A DNA stretch of 63,804 bases, counting the filler, from Guillardia theta CCMP2712 (taxonomy: Eukaryota > Protista > Cryptophyta): assembly GCF_000315625.1 (NCBI RefSeq). It is 6 parts of 6 records of this genome, joined end to end, with 100 filler letters (N's around TTAATTAATTAA, not from the genome) between each part and the next. Parts side by side here need not be neighbours in the genome. Positions count along the whole stretch, not along the records: positions 23,781 to 53,528 come from NW_005434628.1; 5 more parts are not named here. One strand, written 5' to 3'. The notes beneath the pieces are model-generated. The model ran no database searches and was not told the origin of the DNA. It saw only the letters and a list, made by a program, of their open reading frames with translations. This document shows, in pieces, positions 24,368-36,043 of this stretch (positions are counted from its first letter, which is position 1; the number at the start of each line of letters is the position of its first letter). The translations under genes and the position numbers were made by a program.

Positions 24368-26672
24368 ATGTCCAACCCAAACGCTGAAGTGAACCTGGAT
24401 GTTGTTGACCGGGAAAGGAAGAGGAGGAGTATGCTGGACAAGACCGTGACGCCGCTGACTGCCATGCTGCTGGTGGCTCTCTTGGGGTTGGTGGACGGGA
24501 GCATGCGAGCATACATGCGGCTTCCGACCATCCTTGGGGAGGAGGTGACGTACGAGGAGGCAGGGACGTTGTCTTCTCTTCACGACTCTGAGATGCTAAT
24601 GACGGACCGGCATGGGGCTGGGCGTTCGCTGCTGTCAGCACCGCTGGGCAAGGCTTGCGTGCATCCTTGGAGCTGCCAGACGGGGCTGGTGTGCCGGGCA
24701 GGAACGTGTGCGATCTGCTCGAATGACGCCGAGTGTCAGCAGACGAACTCCAAGAATCAGTGCCAGAACTCGAGCGTGGCGGGGGTGCCGATGTGCAAGC
24801 ACAAGCCTCTGTTCCATCCCTTCGATCACTCTGACGTCCTCATCTGCCTCATCACCCTCGTCACCATCATGCTTGCAGCCCCCGCGGGAGTCGGAGGTGG
24901 AGGGATCCTCGTCCCAATGTACCTCTCCATCGGCAAGTTCTCCCCCCACTACGGCATCCCTCTCTCCAAGGCCACCATCTTCGGCGGCGCCGTGACCAAC
25001 AACTACTACAACGTGCAGCGACGTCACCCCTACGCCAACCGCCCGCTGGTGGACTACAACACGTGCATGATGCTCGAGCCGGTCCTCCTCCTCGGCACCA
25101 TCATCGGCGTCTTCTTCAACGCCGTCTCCCCCGGCTGGCTCATCACCATCCTCCTTGTGCTGAGCTTGACTTACACGACCTACCGCACCAGCGTGAAGGC
25201 CCTCGAGACCTACAACAAGGAGGAGAAGGCGGTGAAGGAGGAGGAGACCAAACACCTGCTTGGCTCCAAGGCCGGGCCGGAGCAACACCCCTCCTTCATG
25301 CTTGACGCGAACATCCCAGAGGACCTTCGAGAAATCTACGAGGCTGAGTCGCGAGTCAACTTCAAATCCATCGGGGTGAGTAAGCGTAGGCAGACTCCTC
25401 CTCCTCCACCACCACCACCACCACCACCACCTCCTCCTCCTCCTCCTCCTCCTCCTCCTCCTCCTCCACCACCACCACCACCTCCTCCTCCTCCTCCTCC
25501 TCCTCCTCTCCCCTCCCCCCCCGTCTGAATCTGCTCCTCAGGTCCTGACCATCTCCTGGATCATCATCGCTGTCTGCTCCATCCTCAAGGGAGGCGAGGG
25601 AGGACAGGGGATCGTCGCGTGCGGCTCCCTGGGGTACTGGCTGCTTGTGGCAGCGCCGCTGCCGATGGTGCTGGGGCTGGTGATGTACTGCGGGGACATT
25701 CTGGTGCGAGGGTACGAGGACAAGCTGAGACTGGGGTACGAGTTTGCTGAGGGAGACATCCACTGGACGCGCAAGAACGCTTCCGTCTACCCCCTCTACT
25801 GCATCTCCGCCGGTTTCGCTGCTGGCGCCCTCGGCATCGCTGCTGGAACCATCCTGGGGCCGATCTTGCTCGAGCTGGGGATGCTGCCGCTAGTGGGCAC
25901 GGCGTCGTCAGGCTTCATGGTCATCTTCACAGCCTCCTCCACCACCTTCCAGTTCCTCATCATGGGACAGCTGCAGGTGCTCAAACTCTTTCTCTCTCTC
26001 TCTCTCTCCCTCCCTCCCTCCCTCTCGTTCCTCCCCCCCTCCCTTTCCTCCCTTGTCCTCCCTCCCTCTCCCCTCCTCCCCCCTCATCGGTTTCCTCCTG
26101 CCTTCTCCGGTCTGCTGCTCTGAGTGCTGGCAGATCGACTACGCTCTCTTCTTCTGCGGCATCGGGCTGCTGGGCGGAGCCATCGGGAACACAGTCGTGA
26201 GCTTCTTTGTGAAGAAGTATAAGAAAACATGGTAGCCTCCTCCCTCCTCCTCCCTCCTCCCCCTCCTCCTTCGCCTCCCCATCCCCCTCCTCTTCCTCGT
26301 CTAATTTTCTTGGAGGTTCGTGGTCGCGATCCTCTCGGCAGTGCTTGCTGCTTCAACGGTCTTGATGGTGAGAGGTGGGAGGTGGAGCTGACGGGGGTGA
26401 CACGGCTGCAGGGATATGCGGGTTTCGAGCGAGCTGAGTTGTCGTATGATCATGGCAAGAACATGGGGATCCGAAGGGTGAGGATGGAGGAGGAGGAGGA
26501 GGAGACGAGACGGAGGGGGGTGCGGGGGGCTGACATGTGTCAACAGCTTTGCCCGCTGGTGTTGAAGGGCAAACAGCAGGTGAGAGGAAGATGGAGGGGA
26601 GGGCAGAGGCTGACAAGGGGGCAGGGGCAGTTAAAGGTGAAGACAGCAATGATCCATCCGAAGAAGGCATAG
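24368..26672 (+). CDS. Sulfite exporter TauE/SafE family membrane protein with an N-terminal Cys-rich luminal module
   Basis: LAAPAGVGGGGILVP, IPLSKATIFG, RRHPYANRPLVDY..MLEP.LL.GTIIGV, EGDIHWT, AGALGIAAGTILGPILLELGMLP.V..ASSGFMVIFTASST. The start codon choice (24368 or 24431) is uncertain. Confidence 0.85.
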
Positions 26673-26822
26673 ATGAAGCAGAAGCCATGCAAGAAGAAAT
26701 GAGAAGTGAGGAGCAAGGTTGGTTGGTTGGACGAGCATGTTGTAATTTTAGGAATCAAAAGTCTTAGATGGGTCATAGTCTTAGAACCATCAGCGTCTGC
26801 TCTTGCCTTGTCCTCCTCTCCT

Positions 26823-29800
26823 TCAGTCCTGCTGCGGCTGCTTGTCTCCCGCCTTCTCCTCCTCCTCCTCTTCCTTGTGCTGCAGGGCCTTGAGATGCTG
26901 CTCCGGGTTCTCGACCTTGACGACAGCAGCGGCGTCGATCTCGTTCTCGCACATGGGGCAGGAGGTGTCGCTTTGCAGGTGGCGGAGGAGGCGACTGTGA
27001 AGGGCAGGAAAGCTGCAGGAGGGGCAGAAGGACCAGTCGGAGGCGACCATCTTGACCCCCGAGAGGATGCAGTAGGGGAGCCTGTTCCTGCACTGGGGGC
27101 ACTCGAGGGCGGTAGAGGAGGAGGGGAAGGCGCAGTAAGGGCAGGGAGAGACGGGTTCCTCCTCCTCCCCCTTGGAGGGCTTCCGCACGATGGTCTCGAT
27201 CTTCTTCCTGTAGGCGTCGGCGACCTGCGAGCGATACTCGGGGCGCATCAGCATGGACGCGAACTCGAACGAGGTCTTCTTGAGCCCGCCCCGCTGACAC
27301 TCGATCACCGTCGAGGTCAGGATGGGCACGATGTGTGCGGGGAACTTGGAGATCGAGTTGGACACGCGCACGAGCATGCGAGCGCCGCCCTCGTGGTCCC
27401 CCTGCTTCACGAGCACCTTGACGAGGACGTAGCTGTGCAGCAGCAGCAGCGAGTCCTGCAGCTCTCGCGGCACGGGGATCCCCTGCCCCTGCAGATCCTT
27501 GTACGTGTCGAAGAGCATCTTGTGTGCGACCTTGTAGTTGCCCAGCTCCTGCTCCTGCCGTGCGATGATGACGGCGGTGCGAGCAGCCTGCCGGTAGGAG
27601 CCGAGGGCCATGTAGAGGCGGAAGATGTAGTTGGGGTCCTTGGGGATGCGGTCGTGCTCGCCCATGAGGTAGTCGATGAGCGTGTGGGTCAGCACCTCGT
27701 TCCTCGCTGCTCCCACCACCCCGATCGCCTTGTCTAGCGCCTTCTCCCCCACCTGCAGGTACACCCGCAGCGCCTCCTTGTGGTCCCCGGCCTTGTCGAA
27801 GAAGTCGCCCGCGGCCTCCAGCTGCTGCTTGCTCTGGTAGTACCTCGCCATCGTCAGGTACTCCCCCCGCGACCCCGAGGACCCGAGGAAGAGCGCGAGC
27901 GCGTCCATGAGGTCGTGAGATTGAGCCAGCTCGAACGCCTTGTCCTTCTCCTTGGCGATCAGCAGGAACTCGAGGGCCCCGCGGTAGTCGGCAGACGCCT
28001 GGCAGTAGTTGGCGCACTCCATCGCTCCTCGCGTCGTCCTCGTCTCGCGGACGATCGAGAAGGCTCGCTGGGGCTGCTGCAGCTGCTGCAGGCACAGCCG
28101 TACCACCTCGTCCATCTCCTTGCCCCGCTCGTACGCGTCTGCCGCCTCCTTGAACTGCCCCTGCTTCTCCTTCGCCTGCCCGAACCGCACGTGCAGCTTG
28201 GGCGTCTGAACCAGCGGCATGAGCGCCTGCGCTGCCTTGAAGTCTTTGATGTTGATGTAGAGCGACACTGCCCGCTCGTACATCTTCCCCTTCTCATACA
28301 GCAGCGCCGCCTCCGCCTGCTGCTTCATGTCGGCCAGGATCTTCGCGCAGTCTGCGCACACGCTCTCCCCGCACTCCATCGCCAGCTGCACGCCTTTGGC
28401 CACGTTCCCCATCCGCAGCTCCATCTTTGCTATGCCCACCTTGCACGCCATCTTGTGCTCCTCCGTCAGCCGCACCTCCACATCGCGTCCTCCCACCGCG
28501 AACCTCTCCTGCCTCGCCTGCTCGTACCTCGCATGCGCTGCCTCGTACTCCCCCTGCGTCTGCAGCTGCTCCGCGAACTGCAAGCAGATGTGCGGGATGC
28601 GCGAGGGCGCGAGGGTCTCAGCGAGTCTCAAAGCGCGGTCCCACTGGCGGAGGTCAGAGCGCATGTCGAGGGCGAGGATGGGGTTGGAGGAGGCGAGGAA
28701 GAGCTCCTGCGCGAGAGAGTCGTCGTTGACCAGCAGCGCGATCTCCCCTGCCAGCAGGTGCTTGTCCTCGTGCTGCGACAGCTGCTCCAGCGCCATCACG
28801 TTGGCGCAGTCTTCGAGGTAGCGGCTGACGTTGAACGCGACCTTGGTCTGGAACAGCTGGAGGGCGGCCAGGTACAGCTCGTCCCACTTGCTGCGCTCCC
28901 CGAGGGTGATGGCGTGCTGGAAGGCATCGGTCAAGCGACCGAGGGCGAGGGACTGAGCGAACTTGGAGGAGGAGGAGGCGAGGAGGTTGTCGGGGTTGAG
29001 GCTGCTGTGAGAGTCGAGGACGAGACGAGCGATGGAGCCCATGTGGGTCTGATGCGTCAGCACCCCGTCGATGAGAATCATGGGAGACAAGTGACGCGGC
29101 GAGTCAGTCTGCCCGACCTTGTCGACCCTGGGGCCCTTGAGAGTTGCGAGGAAGAGCTTGTAGGTCACGATGCTAGTCTCTGTCACCGCCACGAACACGC
29201 CCTCCTCCTTCACGTCCCACAGCACCTGGCTGGTCTTCGCCGGGAAGTCCGGGATCTCGAGCATGGAGGAGTCGACGGGGTTATGGATGAAGCCCTTGAG
29301 GGAGGAGTCGACCACCACAAGCCGCGTTCCGAGCTTATTGGAGGCGAAGAACTTGATGCCCTGCGAGTGACGGAAGTCACTGGAGCGAGTCTGATCCTCG
29401 AGGGAGAAGTAGACGACTGTTCCTTGACTCGTCGAGTAGATCAGAAAGTCTTCCGTCAGCTGCATGCACGTCACTTGTGCCTCCTCGCTTGACTCCGGGA
29501 AGCTCCTCGTGAACTTCCCGTCATCGTCTCCGACGATTTTCTGCAGGTTCACCTGACCGTCGTAGAGCACAGCGATCATGTCGCGATTCAAGCTCATGGC
29601 CTCCACGCTCGCGAGGTAGTCCACCTCCCGCACCAGCTGCCCCTGCTTGTCGCACGAGTAGATCCAGCTGATGTTGTTCTTGCCCAGCGCCACATGTCGC
29701 TTCCCAACCGCCACCAAGTCGGGCTCGTTTTTGATCTCGATCCTCGCGCTCTTCCTCCCACTCTCGTCTAGCGCGTCCTCCACCTTGATCTCTCTCAGGC

Positions 29801-30911
29801 TGCTCATGTACGCGTAGGTCGAGCCATGCGCCGCGTTCAAGACCGGCATGCTGGCGAGGAAGTTGACGACGGTGCCGTCAGACAATGAGACGGTCAGGAA
29901 GTTCCCGTCGGGGGTCCACGCGACCTGGTCGCAAAAGACGCTGAACTGCAGCGAGTCCCCGGGGATCTCCTTCCACTCCTTGAGGTCGATGAACTTCACG
30001 TGGTTCCCCCCGCAGATCGCCGCGCGCTGCATGGAGGGCGAGACATCAATACAGGAGACGCCGACCTGAAACATCTGCGAGGTGAAGAGCATCGAGTCCT
30101 TAGCGTTGGGCTCCTTGGCCAGGACCATCCCAGAGGAGAAGCCGACGATAAAAGCGCCGTCGTAGTACCAGCGATGCACGAGGACGTCGCCGTACTTGAG
30201 AGGGAAGGAGAAGTCAAACGACTGCCGCACGTCCTTCTGCAGGGAGCAGATGAACACAATCTTCTTAGCGATCAGGATGCTCACTGACGTGTTGCTGTCA
30301 TCCTTGGCGCTCATCCCTTGCCCCAGGTGAATCTCCGACGGCTCTCCTCGCAGCACGTCCTGCCTGATCGCCTGCCCAGTGTTGGAGTTCACGGAGAAGG
30401 TCTTATCCTCGGACAGCAGCACCAGCTGGTTCTCGACACTCCAGGCGCCGTCAAAGATTCGCTTGCTGTGTTTGCCGAGGAGGGGGTTCAGCTTCGACGT
30501 CCGCTTGTTGTAGATGATCAAGTTGCCTTTGCCTGATCCCAGCGCCAGGTCGAACGACACCTTGCTCCACTTGAGCCACAGCAGGTCCTTCATGTTCGTC
30601 TCCACAAAATTTGACTTGCGACTCGTGGAGTCCCAGCAGATGATCGCTGAGTTTCCGCTCTGAAGGATCGCAAGCATTTCTCCATCCTTGTCCCAGTCCA
30701 GACACAGCACGTTCCCTCCGGCTGTCAGCACCACATCGTCCAGCACCTGCCCGTACCTGTCGTAGATCTCAACTCGCCTGCTGGTCCCCACCACCGCCAG
30801 GTAGTTCCCGTCGGGTTGCCATGCGAACAATGCCTTTCCTTCCCCCAGCTGACTGCCCGGGATTTTGAACAGCTCCTTGGATGACCCTGAGGACTTGACG
30901 TCGGTCGCCAT
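26823..30911 (-). CDS. IFT144: Intraflagellar transport protein 144 (WDR19), single exon
   Basis: Uninterrupted ORF of about 1362 aa: WD40 N-terminus (FAWQPDGNYLA, LDWDKDGEMLA, GKHSKRI), TPR region, LMGEHDRIPKDPNYIFRLY, NSISKFPAHIVPILTSTVIEC..GLK, and a C-terminal Zn ribbon (CPYC, CPQC, CPSCSFPA, CPMC). Confidence 0.95.
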   Translation of the reverse strand: MATDVKSSGSSKELFKIPGSQLGEGKALFAWQPDGNYLAVVGTSRRVEIYDRYGQVLDDVVLTAGGNVLCLDWDKDGEMLAILQSGNSAIICWDSTSRKSNFVETNMKDLLWLKWSKVSFDLALGSGKGNLIIYNKRTSKLNPLLGKHSKRIFDGAWSVENQLVLLSEDKTFSVNSNTGQAIRQDVLRGEPSEIHLGQGMSAKDDSNTSVSILIAKKIVFICSLQKDVRQSFDFSFPLKYGDVLVHRWYYDGAFIVGFSSGMVLAKEPNAKDSMLFTSQMFQVGVSCIDVSPSMQRAAICGGNHVKFIDLKEWKEIPGDSLQFSVFCDQVAWTPDGNFLTVSLSDGTVVNFLASMPVLNAAHGSTYAYMSSLREIKVEDALDESGRKSARIEIKNEPDLVAVGKRHVALGKNNISWIYSCDKQGQLVREVDYLASVEAMSLNRDMIAVLYDGQVNLQKIVGDDDGKFTRSFPESSEEAQVTCMQLTEDFLIYSTSQGTVVYFSLEDQTRSSDFRHSQGIKFFASNKLGTRLVVVDSSLKGFIHNPVDSSMLEIPDFPAKTSQVLWDVKEEGVFVAVTETSIVTYKLFLATLKGPRVDKVGQTDSPRHLSPMILIDGVLTHQTHMGSIARLVLDSHSSLNPDNLLASSSSKFAQSLALGRLTDAFQHAITLGERSKWDELYLAALQLFQTKVAFNVSRYLEDCANVMALEQLSQHEDKHLLAGEIALLVNDDSLAQELFLASSNPILALDMRSDLRQWDRALRLAETLAPSRIPHICLQFAEQLQTQGEYEAAHARYEQARQERFAVGGRDVEVRLTEEHKMACKVGIAKMELRMGNVAKGVQLAMECGESVCADCAKILADMKQQAEAALLYEKGKMYERAVSLYINIKDFKAAQALMPLVQTPKLHVRFGQAKEKQGQFKEAADAYERGKEMDEVVRLCLQQLQQPQRAFSIVRETRTTRGAMECANYCQASADYRGALEFLLIAKEKDKAFELAQSHDLMDALALFLGSSGSRGEYLTMARYYQSKQQLEAAGDFFDKAGDHKEALRVYLQVGEKALDKAIGVVGAARNEVLTHTLIDYLMGEHDRIPKDPNYIFRLYMALGSYRQAARTAVIIARQEQELGNYKVAHKMLFDTYKDLQGQGIPVPRELQDSLLLLHSYVLVKVLVKQGDHEGGARMLVRVSNSISKFPAHIVPILTSTVIECQRGGLKKTSFEFASMLMRPEYRSQVADAYRKKIETIVRKPSKGEEEEPVSPCPYCAFPSSSTALECPQCRNRLPYCILSGVKMVASDWSFCPSCSFPALHSRLLRHLQSDTSCPMCENEIDAAAVVKVENPEQHLKALQHKEEEEEEKAGDKQPQQD

Positions 30912-31856
30912 GGCGGCAAGGCAACACTGAAACAAACGTCAGGCAAGCATAACCACGTCGGACGAGCACAAGAACAAATGTGCACGACGATCAGATCTAC
31001 ATTCGTTTACTGACAAGGCATGCATCGTGATGTCGTCCCGTGTACTCCTCCCTCTCTCTGAATTTTCTGCTCTTCACTTCTCATGCCTGCCTCCTGCCTC
31101 CTACTTCTCTTCCTACTCCTGATCCTCCTGTTCTTTGCGTTCTCAGACTTTATTCCGTCCTTGGACATCCTTGGCCTTCATTGGCTCTTCCGCCATGCCT
31201 CCCCAGTTTCTACTTCCCACTCTTCTTCCTTCTTGACCGCATCTAACATCATTGTATATAGGTTATGTGACGTACTTCATCGGCTTGCTACTTTAAACAG
31301 TGCATCAACTCTCCTCCCTTCCTCCCTCCCACTTTCCTGCTGCATGCCTACAACTCCTCCCCCCTCTTATCCTGCCAGTCCCCCTCCTACTCTCACCTCC
31401 CAGCTCCTCGCGTCTCCTCCCCTGCTATCCCCTCCCCACATCTATAATCATCTTCACTCCAATCCCCTCGTCTCCTCGCTGCTCTTGCCATCGCTTCGCT
31501 CCCTCCGTCTTCACGACGCTACTGCCGCCATTCAACTGCCCCCTCTGCTTTATCAACAACTACCCTACAGCTCTGGGTATTTAGGTACCCCTACCACCTC
31601 ATCGACTCATATTTTCATATGAAATCAACATGGGGGGTTGGTACCTCCACCCCTTCAATTTTCAAACATTTGCTTTTAAGAACGTTAGCTTACAATATTT
31701 CGTTTCTCTAAAAGCTTTAAGCTGAACAAGTAAACCAGGCTAACCGGTGGCGACTGACAGTGAGCCTCGCCGGATGATGGGACCGGCTGACTGAGTCGGA
31801 CGATGGGCGGGAGCGATGTACAACTCAGATCTCATCATCATTTCATTCTTTCACTT

Positions 31857-33684
31857 TCAGTTCATTCGGAGCTGATAGTCCCCATTCTGCGTGATGTAAC
31901 GAACCCACGGCAGTGCCTGCTCAGAACAGAACGACATTACGAACGGGGCTAGAAAGAACAAGGAGAAACAAGAACAAGGAGAAACAAGAACAAGATCAGT
32001 CAGGAAGAAGCAGCAGTACCTGGTAACCGCTCTTCTCCATGATCTTGAGGTATCGCACCTAAAGCAGGCATGAGCGAGCAACCAAGCCTTCAGCTCAGGG
32101 TCACCTGGATCCCAGACACAGTGAAGTAAGGGATCTCGAACTTGACGGAGATGGGCTTCTTTTGCAGTTGGCCTGAGGGCAAGGAGGATCAGACGGGACA
32201 CACAGAGACAGCAGATACCATCTTGCTGAACAGACGGCAGACCAAAGTGAGCGCGCAGCAAAAACTCTTTCTGACCAGGAAACTGATGAGGCAGCAACTC
32301 AGATCGACGTCTCCGAGATTGAGAATGGACCTGCTTGATGGTCCAGACGATAGCGTCCTTCTCAGGTGCATACTTGGCCGTTCCAGTCCCAGCCTAGAAG
32401 CGAATGAGACGACAGGAAGGACGGGATGGAGACATCAGACCTTGAATGAAGGAGAGTCTGCATCCGGAGGAACAGGAATCGAAATCTCCACATTGCTTGC
32501 AACAGACCTTTGCTTGAACTACATGGCGAAGACAAGAACAGCAGAGTTAAAACACAAGTCACTGTAGGAGTCTCGTACCTGTGATTTGGCTTTGATCGTG
32601 TATTCTATTCGGCTTCCGCTATGAGGCTCGACAATCGCTTCAATCCAGATGAGCGGCCTGACCTGGTAACGGCTGAGGTGTCCTCTCCCTCCACGTAGTC
32701 GCTCATACCTGTGTCGAGAGACGATAAGACATGAGCTCGAACTCACCGTCGGGGGGGATGAAGGAGATGGTCCTGTAAGGCATCGATGAGGATGGTTTCA
32801 CGAGAAAGCATCAAGCAGCATTCAAGCAGGGGAGACCTGTCGTTCTCGAACCGAGCCAGCCTCACACACTGATGAAACTTGATGTCCTCCATCTCAACAG
32901 CCTTGCCACCACCAGTGACGATCACGACTTGACATGTCACGCTTACCTTCCCCTTCCCAGGATTCCGCCCGGTGGATTCGAAGAGGAGCTTGTCGTTGAG
33001 TCCGAGCTTTAACTCCGGCATACCACTAGCAGGACAAGTCAGACGGCAGGAGCGGCGCATCAGCAACTGCGAGCACCTGAGGTAAGACCTCATCTTCAAG
33101 GCGCCGAGAATTTCAGATCGCAGGACGTTGCCATTGGAACCGACGAGGAGGTTCACGGACTCGACGACATCCAGAAAGATCTCGTTCTTCCTGTACTTGA
33201 TCCCCTCGCTCCTCCATGAGACCACCCCAGTGACCGCAGGCGGCGGCTTCGCTACCCCCTGTATCTTGTGGCTCTCCTGCATGATATACTCGCTCAGAAT
33301 CTTTTGATCTGTAATCTGCGGGTAACCCCAGTCCATCATCTCGTCTAGAAGCTCGTAGATGACTACAAAGTTGTCCCTGATGCTCTCCTCCTCGAGCTCT
33401 CGGAAATATTCTTTGAAGACATTGATGATGTGGTAGAGAAAGAGGAAGAGAGTGGTGGCGTTGGAGTTTCTGGTGGTGCAGGCCACGAGGTAGAGGTTGT
33501 TGTACTTGACGTATGCGAAAGAGACGCCCTTGTCCACTATGATGGGCGGAGATGAGCCTTCTACCTCGTCAAGCATCAGGTGCGAGAAGCGCTCTATGGC
33601 ATTCAGAGGAACATCTCCGCGGTAGTTGCGACTTATGATGACTTTACCTTTGACGTCCAACACGAAAACGGCTGAAGCAGTCAT
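31857..33684 (-). CDS. AP1M1: AP-1 adaptor complex subunit mu-1, multi-exon
   Basis: SAVFVLDVKGKVIISRNYRGD, ELEEESIRDNFVVIYELLDEMMDWGYPQ, VSWRSEGIKYRKNEIFLDVVESVN, GMPELKLGLNDK, MEDIKFHQCVRLARFENDR, C-terminus ALPWVRYITQNGDYQLRMN*. Confidence 0.95.
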
Positions 33685-34070
33685 TGTAAAGGAAGCAGTA
33701 AGAGACTTTTCGATTCAGGACCGAAGTTTCAGGCTACAGATGGGAAGGGGACAAAAGAACAGCGGAAGAAAGTGGGAGATGAAGCCGAATAATGCAGTGA
33801 AGAAAAGGGGGCGACGAGGGAGAGGGGGAGAAGGGAAGGGAAGGGGAGAGAGAGAGAGAGAGGAAGGAAGAGGGAGAAGAGGAAGGGGAGGGGAGGGGAG
33901 GGAGGAGGAACTGATGATGCTGATCCTGCGAAGGGAGAGGAGCAAGGTGGGTCTATTAGGGGGTAGGGAGGTAGGGTGGTGGTAAGGGTGGGGTGATAAT
34001 GTGAGTGGGTGTTAGCAGTAGAGGTAGGGTGGAGGTAGAAAGAACATAGACGTGCAAAAAGGGTAGGGTA

Positions 34071-34108
34071 GGGTAGGGTAGGGTAGGGTAGGGTAGGGTA
34101 GGGTAGGG
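34071..34108 (+). repeat. (GGGTA)n tandem repeat, able to form a G-quadruplex
   Basis: About 8 perfect gggta units. Confidence 0.85.
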
Positions 34109-34598
34109 TGAAGGTAAGATTCAATAGAAACCTGGGGGTAGGTGTGGGGGTGGATACACAGTTGAAAAGGAGGGGTGGGGGCGTTCGACAGATTGATGAC
34201 GGGTGGTCAAGGCTAGATGAGAGGGTGGGTGGGTGTACTGACGGAGGTTGAGATCGATTCAAATCACTTCGGTTCAAATGGTTTTGCTGATCGACAGGGT
34301 GGGGTACTAATGAGCAAAGTGGGTGGGTAGAAACAAAGGGTCAGGAGGCCTAGATAGGCTTCAAAATCTTGAAGGTAATAGAGAAATATGAGAGGTGGAG
34401 GGGGGGGGAGGGATGTCCCAGGGAAACTTCCAGATTTTCAGGGGTGGGATCAGTGAGTATATGCTTGGGGGGTGACAACAGTAGGGGGTACCTTGGAACA
34501 GAATGGCGCTATGGACGGTGAACTGAAGCAAAGTTGGGAATGCGAAGAGAAGAGTCAGAGACAGAGTAGGAGTAAGAGACAGAATCAGAATCAGAGTC

Positions 34599-34599
<1 letters not shown>

Positions 34600-34653
<54 letters not shown>
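34600..34653. repeat. (GACA)n microsatellite
   Basis: Seen directly. Confidence 0.85.
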
Positions 34654-34864
34654 GGGAGAGAATAAGCAAGCAGGAGCAGGAGCAGGAAAACGAGGACCAT
34701 GGATGGTGGTAGAAGAAAGAAGATTGTTGGAAGAGAGCAAGAGAGGCAACAGGTGTGACTCAAAGGACTGAGATAGCAAAAAAACCCTTGTGCTGTTTCT
34801 GTTCGTGACGAGGAATTTCTTTCACTTGCACAGGCCTCACATCAGCACACCTGAGGCGTTGTCG

Positions 34865-35990
34865 ATGTCAGGAGCGAACAGCCCGGTAGCACTCCCATCG
34901 TCAGTCGCTGTGATGAACACCGAGAGCAACCCCAACGGTGTGTTTGTGACTCCAGGGAAGTCAGGACGACGACCCGACACAGACATTCGAGCCCACGTCA
35001 TTCCGATCTCCAAGATGGTGCGAGCCTCGGACGGGAGTGAGATCGTGAAGCAGGGGCACAAGTGTGTCTTCTGCCAGGGGAACAGCCCTGGCGGGGAGCG
35101 ATGGGCCTCTATCTTTCCTGCCTCGCGATGGATCGAACATTTCGCGAAGCAGTGCACGGAGATCCCGTCGGAGGTGAAGGACTCAGTCATCATGAAGCAC
35201 CCCAACGTCCTCCTGCCGAAGCCAGCTGCGAAGCGATGCTCCTCCGACATGCATCCGGGATCGCCCAAGAAAGGAAAGGGCGGAAGGTCCTCGATACTCG
35301 ACATGAAGTCTCATGTGGTGGAGATCAGCACCAAAGTGCAGAAGCCTGACGGCTCGTTCGAAGTCAAGGCCGGCCACAAATGTGCTTTCTGTGAAGGAAA
35401 CAGTGAAGGAGGCGTGCGGTGGGCGGCAGTCTTTCCGACGACTCGTTGGGTCGAGCATTTCTGTCGGCAATGCACGCAGATACCAGCGGACATCAAGGAG
35501 GCGATCATCCAGGGGTTTCCGAGGCGGACCAAAGGGATGCCCATGGACAACCTCAACGACATGTCGCAGGTGCCGCACAGCCCCATGTGTCGCTTCCTGG
35601 CACTGACACACTTGCAGGAGGCGCTGGATGGCAATCAGAATGGAAGCTCGAAGAAGCCCAAGAAGTTCCTCTGCTCCGAGTGTGCCAACATCAGGGAGTA
35701 CGTGATGCGCTGCCAGGCTGACATCGCGATCATTCAAGAAGCGATCCAAGACGCAGAAAGCCGGGTATCATCTGCTACGGATGCAAGTGAGAGAGACTAC
35801 TGGAGGGAAAAGGAGATTCTACTTCGACGAGAGAAAGTACAGCTGAGGGAGAAGGAGGCGAGCTTATGGAAACGATTACAAGGCAAGATCATTTACACGC
35901 CCTCTTTATACCATTGTCATGTCTATCCATGTTATTTTTTGATGTTATGTTTCAGGCGATGGAAATGACGTCACTTCGACTGCAAGCTAA
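34865..35990 (+). CDS. Protein with two tandem BED-like CxxC...H...C zinc fingers and a C-terminal coiled coil
   Basis: Two ~70-aa repeats: GHKCVFC...RWIEHFAKQCTEIP and GHKCAFC...RWVEHFCRQCTQIP. Then ERDYWREKEILLRREKVQLREKE. The predicted last intron (35883-35955) is GC-AG. Confidence 0.7.
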
Positions 35991-36043
35991 GAGCTGATTG
36001 CTCAGATGCAATTCCAAACCTCATCCAACCTTGTATATATGTG

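Noticed and set aside
26706-29492. Long + strand ORFs (343 and 570 aa) antisense to IFT144
   Set aside because: Shadow ORFs caused by high GC3 codon usage; no motifs. The same applies to antisense ORFs over the Ca2+-ATPase and the SthA-like gene.
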